A stretch of DNA of 64,000 nucleotides. It comes from an uncultured Candidatus Saccharibacteria bacterium (GTDB taxonomy: Bacteria; Patescibacteriota; Minisyncoccia; Phycocordibacterales; DATDWN01). The DNA lies in NCBI GenBank assembly GCA_964468795.1, contig CAYXWL010000014.1, positions 22,376 through 86,375 of the forward strand, written 5' to 3'. This document shows positions 9,520 to 18,545 of this stretch, in pieces (position 1 is the stretch's first letter; every line of letters begins with the position of its first letter). The notes beneath the pieces are model-generated. The model saw only the letters and a list, made by a program, of their open reading frames with translations. It did not search any database and was not told the origin of the DNA. The position numbers were made by a program, and so were the translations under genes.

Positions 9520-10062
9520 TTACAAAGTTCGCTGTTGATAAGGAAAAAACTTGAACAGCCAGATTGAGAAAAAGGAAACTGCCACTCCAAGCAATATTCC
9601 AAAAGCAACATCACTGACCCAGTGTACACCAAGATAAACTCTAGAAAACGCCACTAAAAATATAAACAAACCACACATTATTCTAAATATTATTGCCAAT
9701 CTCCTTTCCATCAAGTCGGACAATATGTATCCGAGCATTATAAAAAAAATGGTGGCAACAGTTGCGTGGCCGCTAGGAAAGCTTTTACCAAAAACCATCA
9801 TAACACCGTCAACCGGCCTGTTTACGTTAAAGAAAATCTTAAGAAAATAAACTGAAATGCCCCCCAATATTATGCTGAATAAAAATAGAAAAGAATAATG
9901 ATAATTTCGGAAAAGCAATATTAGCAAGGCGAATGCGCCAACCAATAAAACAAAATGAAAAGAAAAATCAAACATGATCGTGACCAGATAAATAAGTTCA
10001 GTATTGAGTGGAGTTCTGATCAGTGAAAAATAATTTTGTACAAAGACATCAATAGAATGCAT
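9520..10062 (-). CDS. PAP2-family phosphatase
   Basis: K......RP, SFPSGHA and SRVYLGVHWVSDV motifs. Confidence 0.92.
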   Translation of the reverse strand: MHSIDVFVQNYFSLIRTPLNTELIYLVTIMFDFSFHFVLLVGAFALLILLFRNYHYSFLFLFSIILGGISVYFLKIFFNVNRPVDGVMMVFGKSFPSGHATVATIFFIMLGYILSDLMERRLAIIFRIMCGLFIFLVAFSRVYLGVHWVSDVAFGILLGVAVSFFSIWLFKFFPYQQRTL

Positions 10063-10076
10063 AAGATCATTTTGAA

Positions 10077-10955
10077 CTATCTTTCAAATCTTGCAAATAT
10101 GCCCGAAGGCAAAAATCTATCTGATGAATCCTTTATGTGAAGCTCTCCATGAGTAAGGTCTCCTGTGAATTCCCTGGTGATTTCAGACAATACCTGTGAG
10201 TATGTCATAGAAGAATATCCAGATGAGTATCCGTTAAGAAGTATTGCCAAAGGATCTGGTCTTAAAATCTCTTTTACCTTTTTTAAAAACGGGACTAAAT
10301 CTTCCTCGATATTCCAAACCTCTTTTTTGCTGCCCTTTCCGTAGACCGGAGGATCCATTATTACAACATCGTATTCATTCCCTCTTTTAATCTCTCTTTC
10401 TACGAACTTCCTGACATCATCCATAATGAGCCTGATTTTGCTCTCACCCAAGCCGGATTTCTTAAAATTCAGATTTGCAGTATCTATTGCAAACTTTGAA
10501 CTATCTACATGAACCACTTCCGCACCAGCTCTGCATGCAACCAGGCTTGCTCCGCCGGTATATGCAAATAAGTTCAGAACTGAAACTTTTTTTCCCTGCT
10601 CAGTTTCTTTTCTTATCTTTTCTTCAAGCCATTTCCAATTAACCACCTGTTCGGGAAAGATGCCGACATGTTTTGAAGGTAAAAGCTCTAGGGAAAAAAC
10701 AAGATTATCAAATCTAAAATCCCATGTTTTGAAATCTTTCTTTTTGTGCCATTTGCCAGTCTTTCCAGTTCTTTCGAAAAAAGCATCAGCGTCCTCCCAC
10801 TCATTCCCCAATGACCTCCTCCAAATAGCCTGAGGATCTGGTCTTCGAAGAATATACTTACCGAATCGCTCGAGTTTTTCTCCTTCCCCACTGTCTATGA
10901 GCTCATAATCAGCGGACTTTTCTGTAATAAGTATCTCGTTCATGTTACATGTCAT
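10077..10955 (-). CDS. Class I SAM-dependent methyltransferase (RlmI/RlmK-like)
   Basis: GEKLERFG, KHVGIFPEQ, VLNLFAYTGG, IMDPP motifs. Confidence 0.85.
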   Translation of the reverse strand: MTCNMNEILITEKSADYELIDSGEGEKLERFGKYILRRPDPQAIWRRSLGNEWEDADAFFERTGKTGKWHKKKDFKTWDFRFDNLVFSLELLPSKHVGIFPEQVVNWKWLEEKIRKETEQGKKVSVLNLFAYTGGASLVACRAGAEVVHVDSSKFAIDTANLNFKKSGLGESKIRLIMDDVRKFVEREIKRGNEYDVVIMDPPVYGKGSKKEVWNIEEDLVPFLKKVKEILRPDPLAILLNGYSSGYSSMTYSQVLSEITREFTGDLTHGELHIKDSSDRFLPSGIFARFER

Positions 10956-11505
10956 TTTCTAAGTTGTGCACGAGCTTCTCAGTTTTTTTCAATAGATCGT
11001 CACGCGTTCCATCGTTTACAATGACCTTATCGGCCATGGCAATGAGAGCATCGACTTGATGGGCAAACTCATCCCCGTTTCGTTCTGCATCCTCTTCTGC
11101 CTTGAATTGGTCAAAAGAAATATCATCTCCGACTCGTTTTCGCTCGAGCGCCCATTTGTAGCGTGTCTCGATCGGCGCTTCCACTGTAATCAGCACGAAG
11201 TCTGGACCAAACTCTTCTCGCAAAAACTCCACTTCCTTTATATTTCGAAGCCCAGAGATCACTGCATTGCCATTTACCTTACTGGCTGCAATCTTGGCAA
11301 GATAATCAGGGCCTCTTTCATGTCGAGATTTGATTGCATAGTGACTTACATGCGAACGATCGAGTGGGAGATTTTCCTTTCTCATCTCTTCCCTAATGAT
11401 TCCGGACGTAGATATATGAGTAAAGCCAAGCTTCGATAAATGGGTTGCCACTGTGTCCTTTCCAGCTGAAGGTGCACCAGTGAGACCTATGATTAATCTT
11501 TTCAT
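10945..11505 (-). CDS. P-loop nucleoside/nucleotide kinase (dephospho-CoA kinase-like)
   Basis: IIGLTGAPSAGKDT, 'ISGLRN..EV', 'AD.VIVNDGT'. Confidence 0.75.
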   Translation of the reverse strand: MKRLIIGLTGAPSAGKDTVATHLSKLGFTHISTSGIIREEMRKENLPLDRSHVSHYAIKSRHERGPDYLAKIAASKVNGNAVISGLRNIKEVEFLREEFGPDFVLITVEAPIETRYKWALERKRVGDDISFDQFKAEEDAERNGDEFAHQVDALIAMADKVIVNDGTRDDLLKKTEKLVHNLENDM

Positions 11506-11587
11506 ATACTAAGTGTATAAAAAATAATGAGAAGAAACCAGCTCTTACACAAGTTACTAAAAGTAAGCACATGCTATAATTAGCTTT

Positions 11588-12142
11588 ATGAATCTTGGCA
11601 TACTGGGTATGTATAGTGCAGCTTTCTTTTTTGGTGAATATGCAACCATTCCGTTTTTTACGTTGGCTCATCAAGGGAAACTCAACCTAACAACAATAGC
11701 ACTTATAACATACACTGCTTCTTTGTCGGCAGATCTGTTTTGGTTTGGAGCCTCTAAAATTTTTTTTAAGAAATTATATATTCAAAATTGGTATAAAAAA
11801 GCGCAACTTTCAAATCAAAAAGTGTACAATTATATATTTGAACAACACATACTCTTTGCCCTTACATTTATAAAATTTCTTATTGGCCTCAGACTTATCC
11901 TTACCTTATCTCTTATATTCGTAAAAAAATTCACCTTTAAGCAATATCTGGGTTTTGCACTCATAAGCAATTTTTTTCTAATTATTGGTCTTGATATTAT
12001 TGGATACTGTGTAAGTAAAGGACTGAATTTACTCCCTATTTATAAGGGAATATCGGGTATTATTACAATTGTAATAATAACGGTTTTGATAACCCATCTT
12101 TTTCCCTACATATTTAAATTTTATATTTCAAAACGAAAATAA
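11588..12142 (+). CDS. DedA/VTT-like membrane protein
   Basis: Hydrophobic; 'FFFGE', 'ADLFWF', 'KFLIGLR' resemble DedA motifs. Confidence 0.55.
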   Translation: MNLGILGMYSAAFFFGEYATIPFFTLAHQGKLNLTTIALITYTASLSADLFWFGASKIFFKKLYIQNWYKKAQLSNQKVYNYIFEQHILFALTFIKFLIGLRLILTLSLIFVKKFTFKQYLGFALISNFFLIIGLDIIGYCVSKGLNLLPIYKGISGIITIVIITVLITHLFPYIFKFYISKRK

Positions 12143-13015
12143 TTACAGATTGCCTTGTGCTTTGAGCACCTGAGTGATAATTATTCTTTTTATCTTCTGT
12201 ATTGGGTTTCTATTTCCTAAAGGCATCCATACTTTTTTTAGCTTTCTCATATATGGATCAAAATGCAACGAAGAAGGAACAACTCTTGCTTTCTCACCGA
12301 ATAAAATTCTTAAAGCTTCAGTGGAAACCAGATTCGCACATAACAGTGTACCTGTTACAAGTGAAGGAGCTTTTCGCGTCTTCCACTTTACAGCATCTGG
12401 TTTGAAGTATTTTCGTTGTAACAAAGATGGTGTCAGTCCCAGACCAAAGCGAATATATTTTTCATCATCACTCATCTTATCTGTGATATCAAAATACTTA
12501 TCAAAACTCATCCCTTTTGGGTCAAATATAAGCATAGAAGACCCGAATCCGATGGGACCTGCCATAAGCACAAACACATTATGCCTTTCAGCAGCTTTAT
12601 AGAAGATTCTACGTGCTTCTATTTCAAAAAAATCTATTCCATCAAGTGCGATGTCTACACCTTCTAAAAATTCATCAATATTGCCTTCATTTATTCCTTG
12701 GGGGTACACTCTCACCTCTGCACTCGTGTTAATTGAGGTAATCATCTTCTTTACAACCTCAACTTTTGGTTGACCGAGTACGTCGACAGAAGCTGCTTGT
12801 TGTCGATTCATATTAACTATCTCAAACACATCAAGGTCAGCAATTCTAAACTTCCCAAAACCAAGTCGTGCAAACGTAGTGGCATATATTCCTCCTGCTC
12901 CACCGAGACCTGGAATAGCGACAGTACTATTTCTTAATTTTTCTTGCTGCTCAGGAGTAAGTAACCCTATATTTCGCGAGAAGGCCTCCTTGTAGTACTC
13001 TGTTTGATTTTCCAT
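12143..13015 (-). CDS. ThiF/MoeB-family adenylyltransferase
   Basis: FSRNIGLL...LRNSTVAIPGLGGAGG, ADLDVFEIVNMNRQ, GQPKV, DGIDFF. Confidence 0.9.
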   Translation of the reverse strand: MENQTEYYKEAFSRNIGLLTPEQQEKLRNSTVAIPGLGGAGGIYATTFARLGFGKFRIADLDVFEIVNMNRQQAASVDVLGQPKVEVVKKMITSINTSAEVRVYPQGINEGNIDEFLEGVDIALDGIDFFEIEARRIFYKAAERHNVFVLMAGPIGFGSSMLIFDPKGMSFDKYFDITDKMSDDEKYIRFGLGLTPSLLQRKYFKPDAVKWKTRKAPSLVTGTLLCANLVSTEALRILFGEKARVVPSSLHFDPYMRKLKKVWMPLGNRNPIQKIKRIIITQVLKAQGNL

Positions 13016-13068
13016 ATAATAATTATACTATAATAATACAACATGATACAATTATTTTATCAATAGTT

Positions 13069-13737
13069 ATGACATCAGAATCAAAATTACTTCGTGCCTA
13101 CTCTGCTCCACCCTTCATATATGATCTGCGAGGTTTTTTTATTCTAACATTCTCTTATCGAAGCACGTTATGGCAGCAAGTCAGCTTTTTTGGAAAAAAT
13201 ATAGGTAAACGGCATCTAGATATTGCAGTAGGTACAGGCACATTATTGTTTATCATCTATATGTGGAGAAAAATAACCCGAAAGTCGGAAAGTAAGATCG
13301 TGGCTATAGATTATGTTCCCTCAATGCTAGAGGGTGGTAATAAATATTTTAAACACAATCCTCATGTACATTTGGAAGTTGGGGATGCGACACAACTAAA
13401 GTTTGAGTCAAACAGCTTCGATACTGTAAACATGGCAAATGCATTTCATTGTATTTCTAACATTGATGCAGCCCTTGTAGAGGTGTATCGAGTATTAAAA
13501 CCGGGAGGAATATTTGCAGTAAATATACTTCTATATCCAAAAGGAAAATGGCCATTTAAGCAGATTGCGGAGAAAATTAATATGTGGGGAATTAAAAAAG
13601 GTATACTCTATACTCCATACAACAAAGAAGACGTCCGCAAAAAAATAATTGAAAGAGGATTTGAACTTGTCTTTGAGAAAATTTCGGGTAATAGCTACAA
13701 TCTGCTTATTAAAAAACCAGCCACCCTATTTAAATAA
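13069..13737 (+). CDS. Class I SAM-dependent methyltransferase
   Basis: LDIAVGTG, GDATQLKF...FD, 'EVYRVLKPGG'. Confidence 0.9.
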   Translation: MTSESKLLRAYSAPPFIYDLRGFFILTFSYRSTLWQQVSFFGKNIGKRHLDIAVGTGTLLFIIYMWRKITRKSESKIVAIDYVPSMLEGGNKYFKHNPHVHLEVGDATQLKFESNSFDTVNMANAFHCISNIDAALVEVYRVLKPGGIFAVNILLYPKGKWPFKQIAEKINMWGIKKGILYTPYNKEDVRKKIIERGFELVFEKISGNSYNLLIKKPATLFK

Positions 13738-14364
13738 AGAGTAATCAGGAACTTCTTCTAGAATCTTATCTAAAATACCTGATTTGTTCTTATTTTCTTT
13801 AATTTTTTTTACAGAAAGAGCTTGAGCAATTCCCCATGTATTCACAGAAGAATAAAATTTTTTCTCTGAAATTACTTCGAAGCCTAGTGTTGTATAAAAC
13901 ATCGCATGTTCAGGAGTTGTTGCAATAACCAAATAATCACACTCTAAATACAGTGCGTAATGAAAGACCAAATTAAGCAGTGGTAATGAGGCCATGTACT
14001 GCTTTAATGGATTAAAAGTAGAGTCATTCTTTTTAATAATATCATGGTCAATCGCATACTGAGTTACTTCTGCGAGTTTATAACCCTGAGATCTCAAGCT
14101 TTGAAGCTCATTCTTATTTAGATAATCCATTGGCAATCCGACATCAGAATCATTGACGACAGAAACCGTACCAAATAACTCACCGTTTATACCCGCAGTA
14201 AACATTTTTGTATTAGGCAATAACAGATATTTACCAAAAGATTCATCGTGACCCACGTCAGAAAAGTACCCTCTCTTTTTATATGTCGATTTAATTAGGG
14301 AAAGTACTTTCTGTTTTTCTTCTTCTGTAACAGCAACTTTATATTCGTACATAATTACATTCAA
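13726..14364 (-). CDS. N-acyl amino acid synthase (FeeM/NasY-like GNAT/LuxI-fold acyltransferase)
   Basis: Y.KRGY, GTVSVVNDSDVGLPMD, LAEVTQYA and 'IATTPEHAMFY..LGF' resemble FeeM-family motifs. Confidence 0.7.
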   Translation of the reverse strand: MNVIMYEYKVAVTEEEKQKVLSLIKSTYKKRGYFSDVGHDESFGKYLLLPNTKMFTAGINGELFGTVSVVNDSDVGLPMDYLNKNELQSLRSQGYKLAEVTQYAIDHDIIKKNDSTFNPLKQYMASLPLLNLVFHYALYLECDYLVIATTPEHAMFYTTLGFEVISEKKFYSSVNTWGIAQALSVKKIKENKNKSGILDKILEEVPDYSLFK

Positions 14365-15286
14365 AATCTTGTAACATTTTTTCAGTCAAACTGGCACACT
14401 CAGCAGCTTTTACCTCAAATGAATGATGCCCTCCTTTTACCTCGTAAAAATTTCTTATTCTTAATTCATCCACTTTTCTCCTCAATTTTTTAAAATGTAC
14501 TATCCTGTCTTTTGTTGCAGCAATAACGCCTATATTATGCTTATTTTTATTAAGTACCCTTGTAATAAGCTTATGAGGCTCAATTCTGAGTATATCTATT
14601 CCATCTGAAATACTGCGAAAAAATCCTACCTTTTTCATCCAATTCACTACACTCTTCCCTTTTACCATGAGAACTCTTTTTTCCTCCTTTGTAGCCTGCA
14701 GAAATCTGTAAATTACAAATTGTAATAGATTGTTGAGCTCCATTACAATAATCCCCATATACGATATGTTCCCGGTGAGACCCGGCACCCCTTGAAGGAT
14801 GATATTCCTTAATCGATCTGGATATCTTTCTGCAAGGGCAAGCACAACAATACTTCCCTCTGAATACCCTACAGCATCAATACGTGTGATATTTTTTATT
14901 CGCAACACTTCTTCTATTGCACTCAGTTTAATGGAAAGAGACTTAGGAAGACCCGGTTCATGATTCCCCACATAAGTAAAGGGGAAAGAGAGAGAAATAA
15001 TTCTCCTCCCGGATTCATAATGAACACGCAAACCATCTTTGTAAGTTTCTGGGGTCGCCCCCCATCCGGGGACATAGAGTAGTGGAACTGATTCATCACT
15101 ATGACACATATCAGGTTGCATATCCCATACTCCTATGAGGTCATTAGCGAATGGAAATGATTCAATTTCTTTAAATTGTCTTTCAAAACCCGAACGTATT
15201 ATTTTTTCGTTCACGATGTTTTCGAGTTCAACAAGAGAAGTCTCCATAATCATATTAATCATAAAATGAATATGATAATATGGCAA
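14339..15286 (-). CDS. Alpha/beta hydrolase
   Basis: VPGWG oxyanion loop, GYSEG nucleophile elbow, D..V and GGHH catalytic motifs. True start probably ~15250. Confidence 0.8.
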   Translation of the reverse strand: MPYYHIHFMINMIMETSLVELENIVNEKIIRSGFERQFKEIESFPFANDLIGVWDMQPDMCHSDESVPLLYVPGWGATPETYKDGLRVHYESGRRIISLSFPFTYVGNHEPGLPKSLSIKLSAIEEVLRIKNITRIDAVGYSEGSIVVLALAERYPDRLRNIILQGVPGLTGNISYMGIIVMELNNLLQFVIYRFLQATKEEKRVLMVKGKSVVNWMKKVGFFRSISDGIDILRIEPHKLITRVLNKNKHNIGVIAATKDRIVHFKKLRRKVDELRIRNFYEVKGGHHSFEVKAAECASLTEKMLQDFECNYVRI

Positions 15287-15338
15287 TCCTTGGTATTTAC
15301 AAAAAAAAGGAATACAATTCTGTTATATTTACCCATAT

Positions 15339-15980
15339 ATGACTCACACTATCAAGCACAGCGGAGAAACATTTGTTTTTTTTATTTCTCAAACATTCTC
15401 ATTTTTCTTTATCGGCTTTCTTTTTGATATTTTTCTTAAACCAAGAATTGAAATGCCTGAAGGACTCACTATTCCCCAAGGGACTTTGATCGTTTCCAAT
15501 CACCAGAGTTGGATTGATCCGTGGGCACTCATATATTTTCTCGGACCTCAAAATATAATACCCCTGCTACCCATGCGTTTCCCGGTTACTCATAATTTTT
15601 TTCGCAAAACTATTATGGGATCGATCCTTTGGTGTTTAGGAGGATTCAATATTGGAAGTACTCCTTTAGAAAAAGCAAAAAAATTACTTTATATTCGTAA
15701 TCTTATACACCAAAAATATTCTGTACTTATATTCCCAGAAGGCAAATGGGTGCAGAATATAAAAGAGCGGTTTGAATTTAAGCGAGGTATACACATGCTC
15801 GTACATGAAGATACTCCCATACTTCTTGTCCAACTTAGTAATCTTAAAAATAATTTATTTACATATAAATTTAGACGCAGTGGTATCCGAATTAAATACT
15901 CAAGACTAATTAATAGTGGTTCTGCAAGTGAAAAAATTAAATTAATTCATGAATTTTACGGTATTCATGACAAAGTTTAA
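15339..15980 (+). CDS. PlsC-family (lysophospholipid) acyltransferase
   Basis: SNHQSWIDP (HxxxxD), IFPEG and FKRG motifs. Confidence 0.88.
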   Translation: MTHTIKHSGETFVFFISQTFSFFFIGFLFDIFLKPRIEMPEGLTIPQGTLIVSNHQSWIDPWALIYFLGPQNIIPLLPMRFPVTHNFFRKTIMGSILWCLGGFNIGSTPLEKAKKLLYIRNLIHQKYSVLIFPEGKWVQNIKERFEFKRGIHMLVHEDTPILLVQLSNLKNNLFTYKFRRSGIRIKYSRLINSGSASEKIKLIHEFYGIHDKV

Positions 15981-16539
15981 ATTATTTCCCATTACAAACT
16001 CCCTGGAAAAACATACCACTCTTAAGGCAGAGATTGCAGATTTTCTTTCTCAAAAACTAAAAACGAATGTGTTTGCACATGAAATAACATACAAAAAGGA
16101 TGCGCTTGGAATGCCATTTTTTACCTACCGAACAGTCACTTCTCGATCTATAGGAATTACCATTTCTATTTCTGATACAAGAGATGTGTGGGCTCTCTCC
16201 ATTACAGATGAAGGTGTCATTGGACTTGATATAGAGTATATACGAGAATTAAGCTCAGAAGTTCTTGCCAACTTTCTTACAGCAAAGGAAAAAAAATGGC
16301 TAAAAACACAGCCCGTATCATATTTTAAAAAAAATACTGTTCTTTTGTGGACACTTAAGGAAGCTTATTTAAAGACCCTAGGTGTAGGACTCAGAACCCA
16401 CCCTCAAAGCATAGAAATAATACCGGATGAAGATGGTAATTTTGCTATTAGCACTCAATCTAACCCGTTTAAAGGATTATTGTGGTATAATGTAAACACT
16501 CACAAAAACTTGATAATTTCCCAAGTAATAAAACAATGA
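15949..16539 (+). CDS. 4'-phosphopantetheinyl transferase (Sfp-like)
   Basis: G.P, SISD, IGLDIE and WTLKEAYLKTLGVGL motifs. Start may be 15967. Confidence 0.9.
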   Translation: MNFTVFMTKFKLFPITNSLEKHTTLKAEIADFLSQKLKTNVFAHEITYKKDALGMPFFTYRTVTSRSIGITISISDTRDVWALSITDEGVIGLDIEYIRELSSEVLANFLTAKEKKWLKTQPVSYFKKNTVLLWTLKEAYLKTLGVGLRTHPQSIEIIPDEDGNFAISTQSNPFKGLLWYNVNTHKNLIISQVIKQ

Positions 16540-16775
16540 ATATTGAACAAAAAGTGATAAGTATTATTTCAGAAGTAACACACATCCCGTCTGAAAAGAT
16601 TACACTCGAGAACAAATTAATAGACCTTGTATCAGATTCGATTCAACTATTTGAGCTACTTATTACATTTGAAAAAGAATTAGGAGAAAAAGTGAGCTAT
16701 ACAGATGTTGCACAGATTGAATCTGTAAAAGATATCGTGGCGTACGCTTATAAAAAAAAACTATACGTTATCTAA
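16536..16775 (+). CDS. Acyl carrier protein
   Basis: 79-aa acidic protein with 'DLVSDSIQLFEL...FE' (DS attachment site) and 'SV.DIV.Y', directly after the PPTase. Confidence 0.85.
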   Translation: MNIEQKVISIISEVTHIPSEKITLENKLIDLVSDSIQLFELLITFEKELGEKVSYTDVAQIESVKDIVAYAYKKKLYVI

Positions 16776-16783
16776 AGTGACCA

Positions 16784-17395
16784 CTATTGCGGATACTCAA
16801 CATTCGCATTGTTGATATGTAACTCTGGAATTAACTGAGGATTTTTAACTGTAGTTGTAATCACGATTGCTTTATACTTTAACCACCATCGTCCTTTCCA
16901 CACTTTTAAAAAAGTATCATATGGAATAGAATTGTTTCCGATAGGAAAAGCAGGATCTATTGAGGAGTTGCCATACCTCGAATCATAGATAAAAAATACT
17001 TTAGCCTTATCATCATACCCACCGACTGCAATCCAATGGAGAATTTTGGTTTTAATCAATATTGCCGGTGGCTTTCTAATTACAGCAACCTGCCGTTTTA
17101 CCCATTCTAATCGTTGGTCATCAGTGAACGCATTTAAATCCACCTCTTCACATTCCATCCCTCTAAATCTAAACAACTTCATCATGTCTGAAGGGACAAT
17201 TGGTCTAAACATATCAAACCAAATCGGCCCATGAAGCAAGTCATTCGCAGGTATCGGATGTAGCCCTATTGCTCGGGCAATCCATTCAGTGGTATATGAC
17301 CCACACCTAATTTTTGATAGATGATGAACTACAGGTACATCCTTTAGTTTGATGTAAGCTGCGGCAGGAAGTTCATTTTGAGAATTCATATTCAT
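16784..17395 (-). CDS. Papain-fold C39-like peptidase
   Basis: RCG, HWIAVGGYD, IYDS (Cys-His-Asp order), F.K.W. Confidence 0.6.
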   Translation of the reverse strand: MNMNSQNELPAAAYIKLKDVPVVHHLSKIRCGSYTTEWIARAIGLHPIPANDLLHGPIWFDMFRPIVPSDMMKLFRFRGMECEEVDLNAFTDDQRLEWVKRQVAVIRKPPAILIKTKILHWIAVGGYDDKAKVFFIYDSRYGNSSIDPAFPIGNNSIPYDTFLKVWKGRWWLKYKAIVITTTVKNPQLIPELHINNANVEYPQ

Positions 17396-17404
17396 TTCTA
17401 TATA

Positions 17405-17875
17405 CTATATAAGATCAACAAGATTCAATTCGCCCCATATCTTATTGTATTTTGAAACATTTTCTTGTGGAACAATCGTACCGTCAATATTGAGGACGTA
17501 TAGTGGGGTATATTTACCACTTACCTCGTTTGTATTAACGATAAGAAGTTGGCTGAACTGGGGCCAGCTAAGCTTATCTTGAGACATATACCAATTTCGT
17601 GCTGCATCGGAGTCAACCATAAGCATAGCAAACGGCACCCAATTCTCTCGAAATACTCGATTTCCATCCTCATCTATTATTGTTATATCCTGATAATCAT
17701 CCTCACTGCAATCACCGAACAAGCTATCCATCAATTCTGTCCGGGAGTGAATCGGCACAGAATTCCAATCAAAAATAAATACAGGCTCCCTATTTTCTAT
17801 ATTGCTATCTTTCAAAGGAAACATGAGTGACCTTCCCACTAATGGTGCAATCATCTCAATAAAATTGGTACTCAT
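17405..17875 (-). CDS. Hypothetical protein
   Basis: 156-aa acidic ORF, co-oriented and tightly packed with its neighbours. Confidence 0.6.
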   Translation of the reverse strand: MSTNFIEMIAPLVGRSLMFPLKDSNIENREPVFIFDWNSVPIHSRTELMDSLFGDCSEDDYQDITIIDEDGNRVFRENWVPFAMLMVDSDAARNWYMSQDKLSWPQFSQLLIVNTNEVSGKYTPLYVLNIDGTIVPQENVSKYNKIWGELNLVDLI

Positions 17876-17883
17876 ACAGTGAT

Positions 17884-18306
17884 TTATTGTGACAGAGCGA
17901 TTAATTCGGGAGCTGCACCAGCTGAAGGAAGGATATAAGGCACAAGCTCGGCAGGTATTTTACATGTAAGTTCCTCGAGGCTTACACCCTCGGTGAACTC
18001 ACTGAGATCCAACCTATCCGCATCCATTCGATTAAATGGAATTTGATTCGGATCCTGGAGTGAATACGAGGTCCGTCTCATTCCCTTGATAAAGGCGCGC
18101 ACAAACCCGTCAAATTGGTCATTACTAGAGCACACCATAGAACCAGACACACTAACCTGCTCCACACCCTCGCTTTCTTCGTCATGGACAGGATCCTTGT
18201 CTTGATCAAATTGAAAATTCACAGTTAGAGACGCTTTATCAAAATCAACTTGTAATAACCTTTCTGCCCCATCCATATGTGAAAAATATAAAAGTTTCAT
18301 ATACAC
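17884..18306 (-). CDS. Hypothetical protein
   Basis: 140-aa acidic ORF, first of a three-gene block. Confidence 0.55.
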   Translation of the reverse strand: MYMKLLYFSHMDGAERLLQVDFDKASLTVNFQFDQDKDPVHDEESEGVEQVSVSGSMVCSSNDQFDGFVRAFIKGMRRTSYSLQDPNQIPFNRMDADRLDLSEFTEGVSLEELTCKIPAELVPYILPSAGAAPELIALSQ

Positions 18307-18390
18307 ATTATTTTATACTATAAACATACAATTTGTAACTGTGAGAATATATTTCTAAAGTGACTCCAAAGAGTTGAGCTCCTACTTCTT

Positions 18391-18463
18391 GGGTGACTAC
18401 TGGGAGTTGAACCCAGACTAAGAGCTCCACAAGCTCGTGTGCTACCGCTACACCATAGCCACC
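18391..18463 (-). tRNA. tRNA-His(GTG)
   Basis: GGTGGCTATGGTGTAGCGGTAGCACACGAGC-TTGTGGA-GCTCTTAGTCTGGGTTCAACTCCCAGTAGTCACCC; cloverleaf with G-1. Confidence 0.92.
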
Positions 18464-18545
18464 ATATAAGCCTCAAAATGAGGACTTGTAATTTGTACCA
18501 CAAAAAACCTTCAAAATCCAGCTTTTTATAATGTATACTCCTCGT

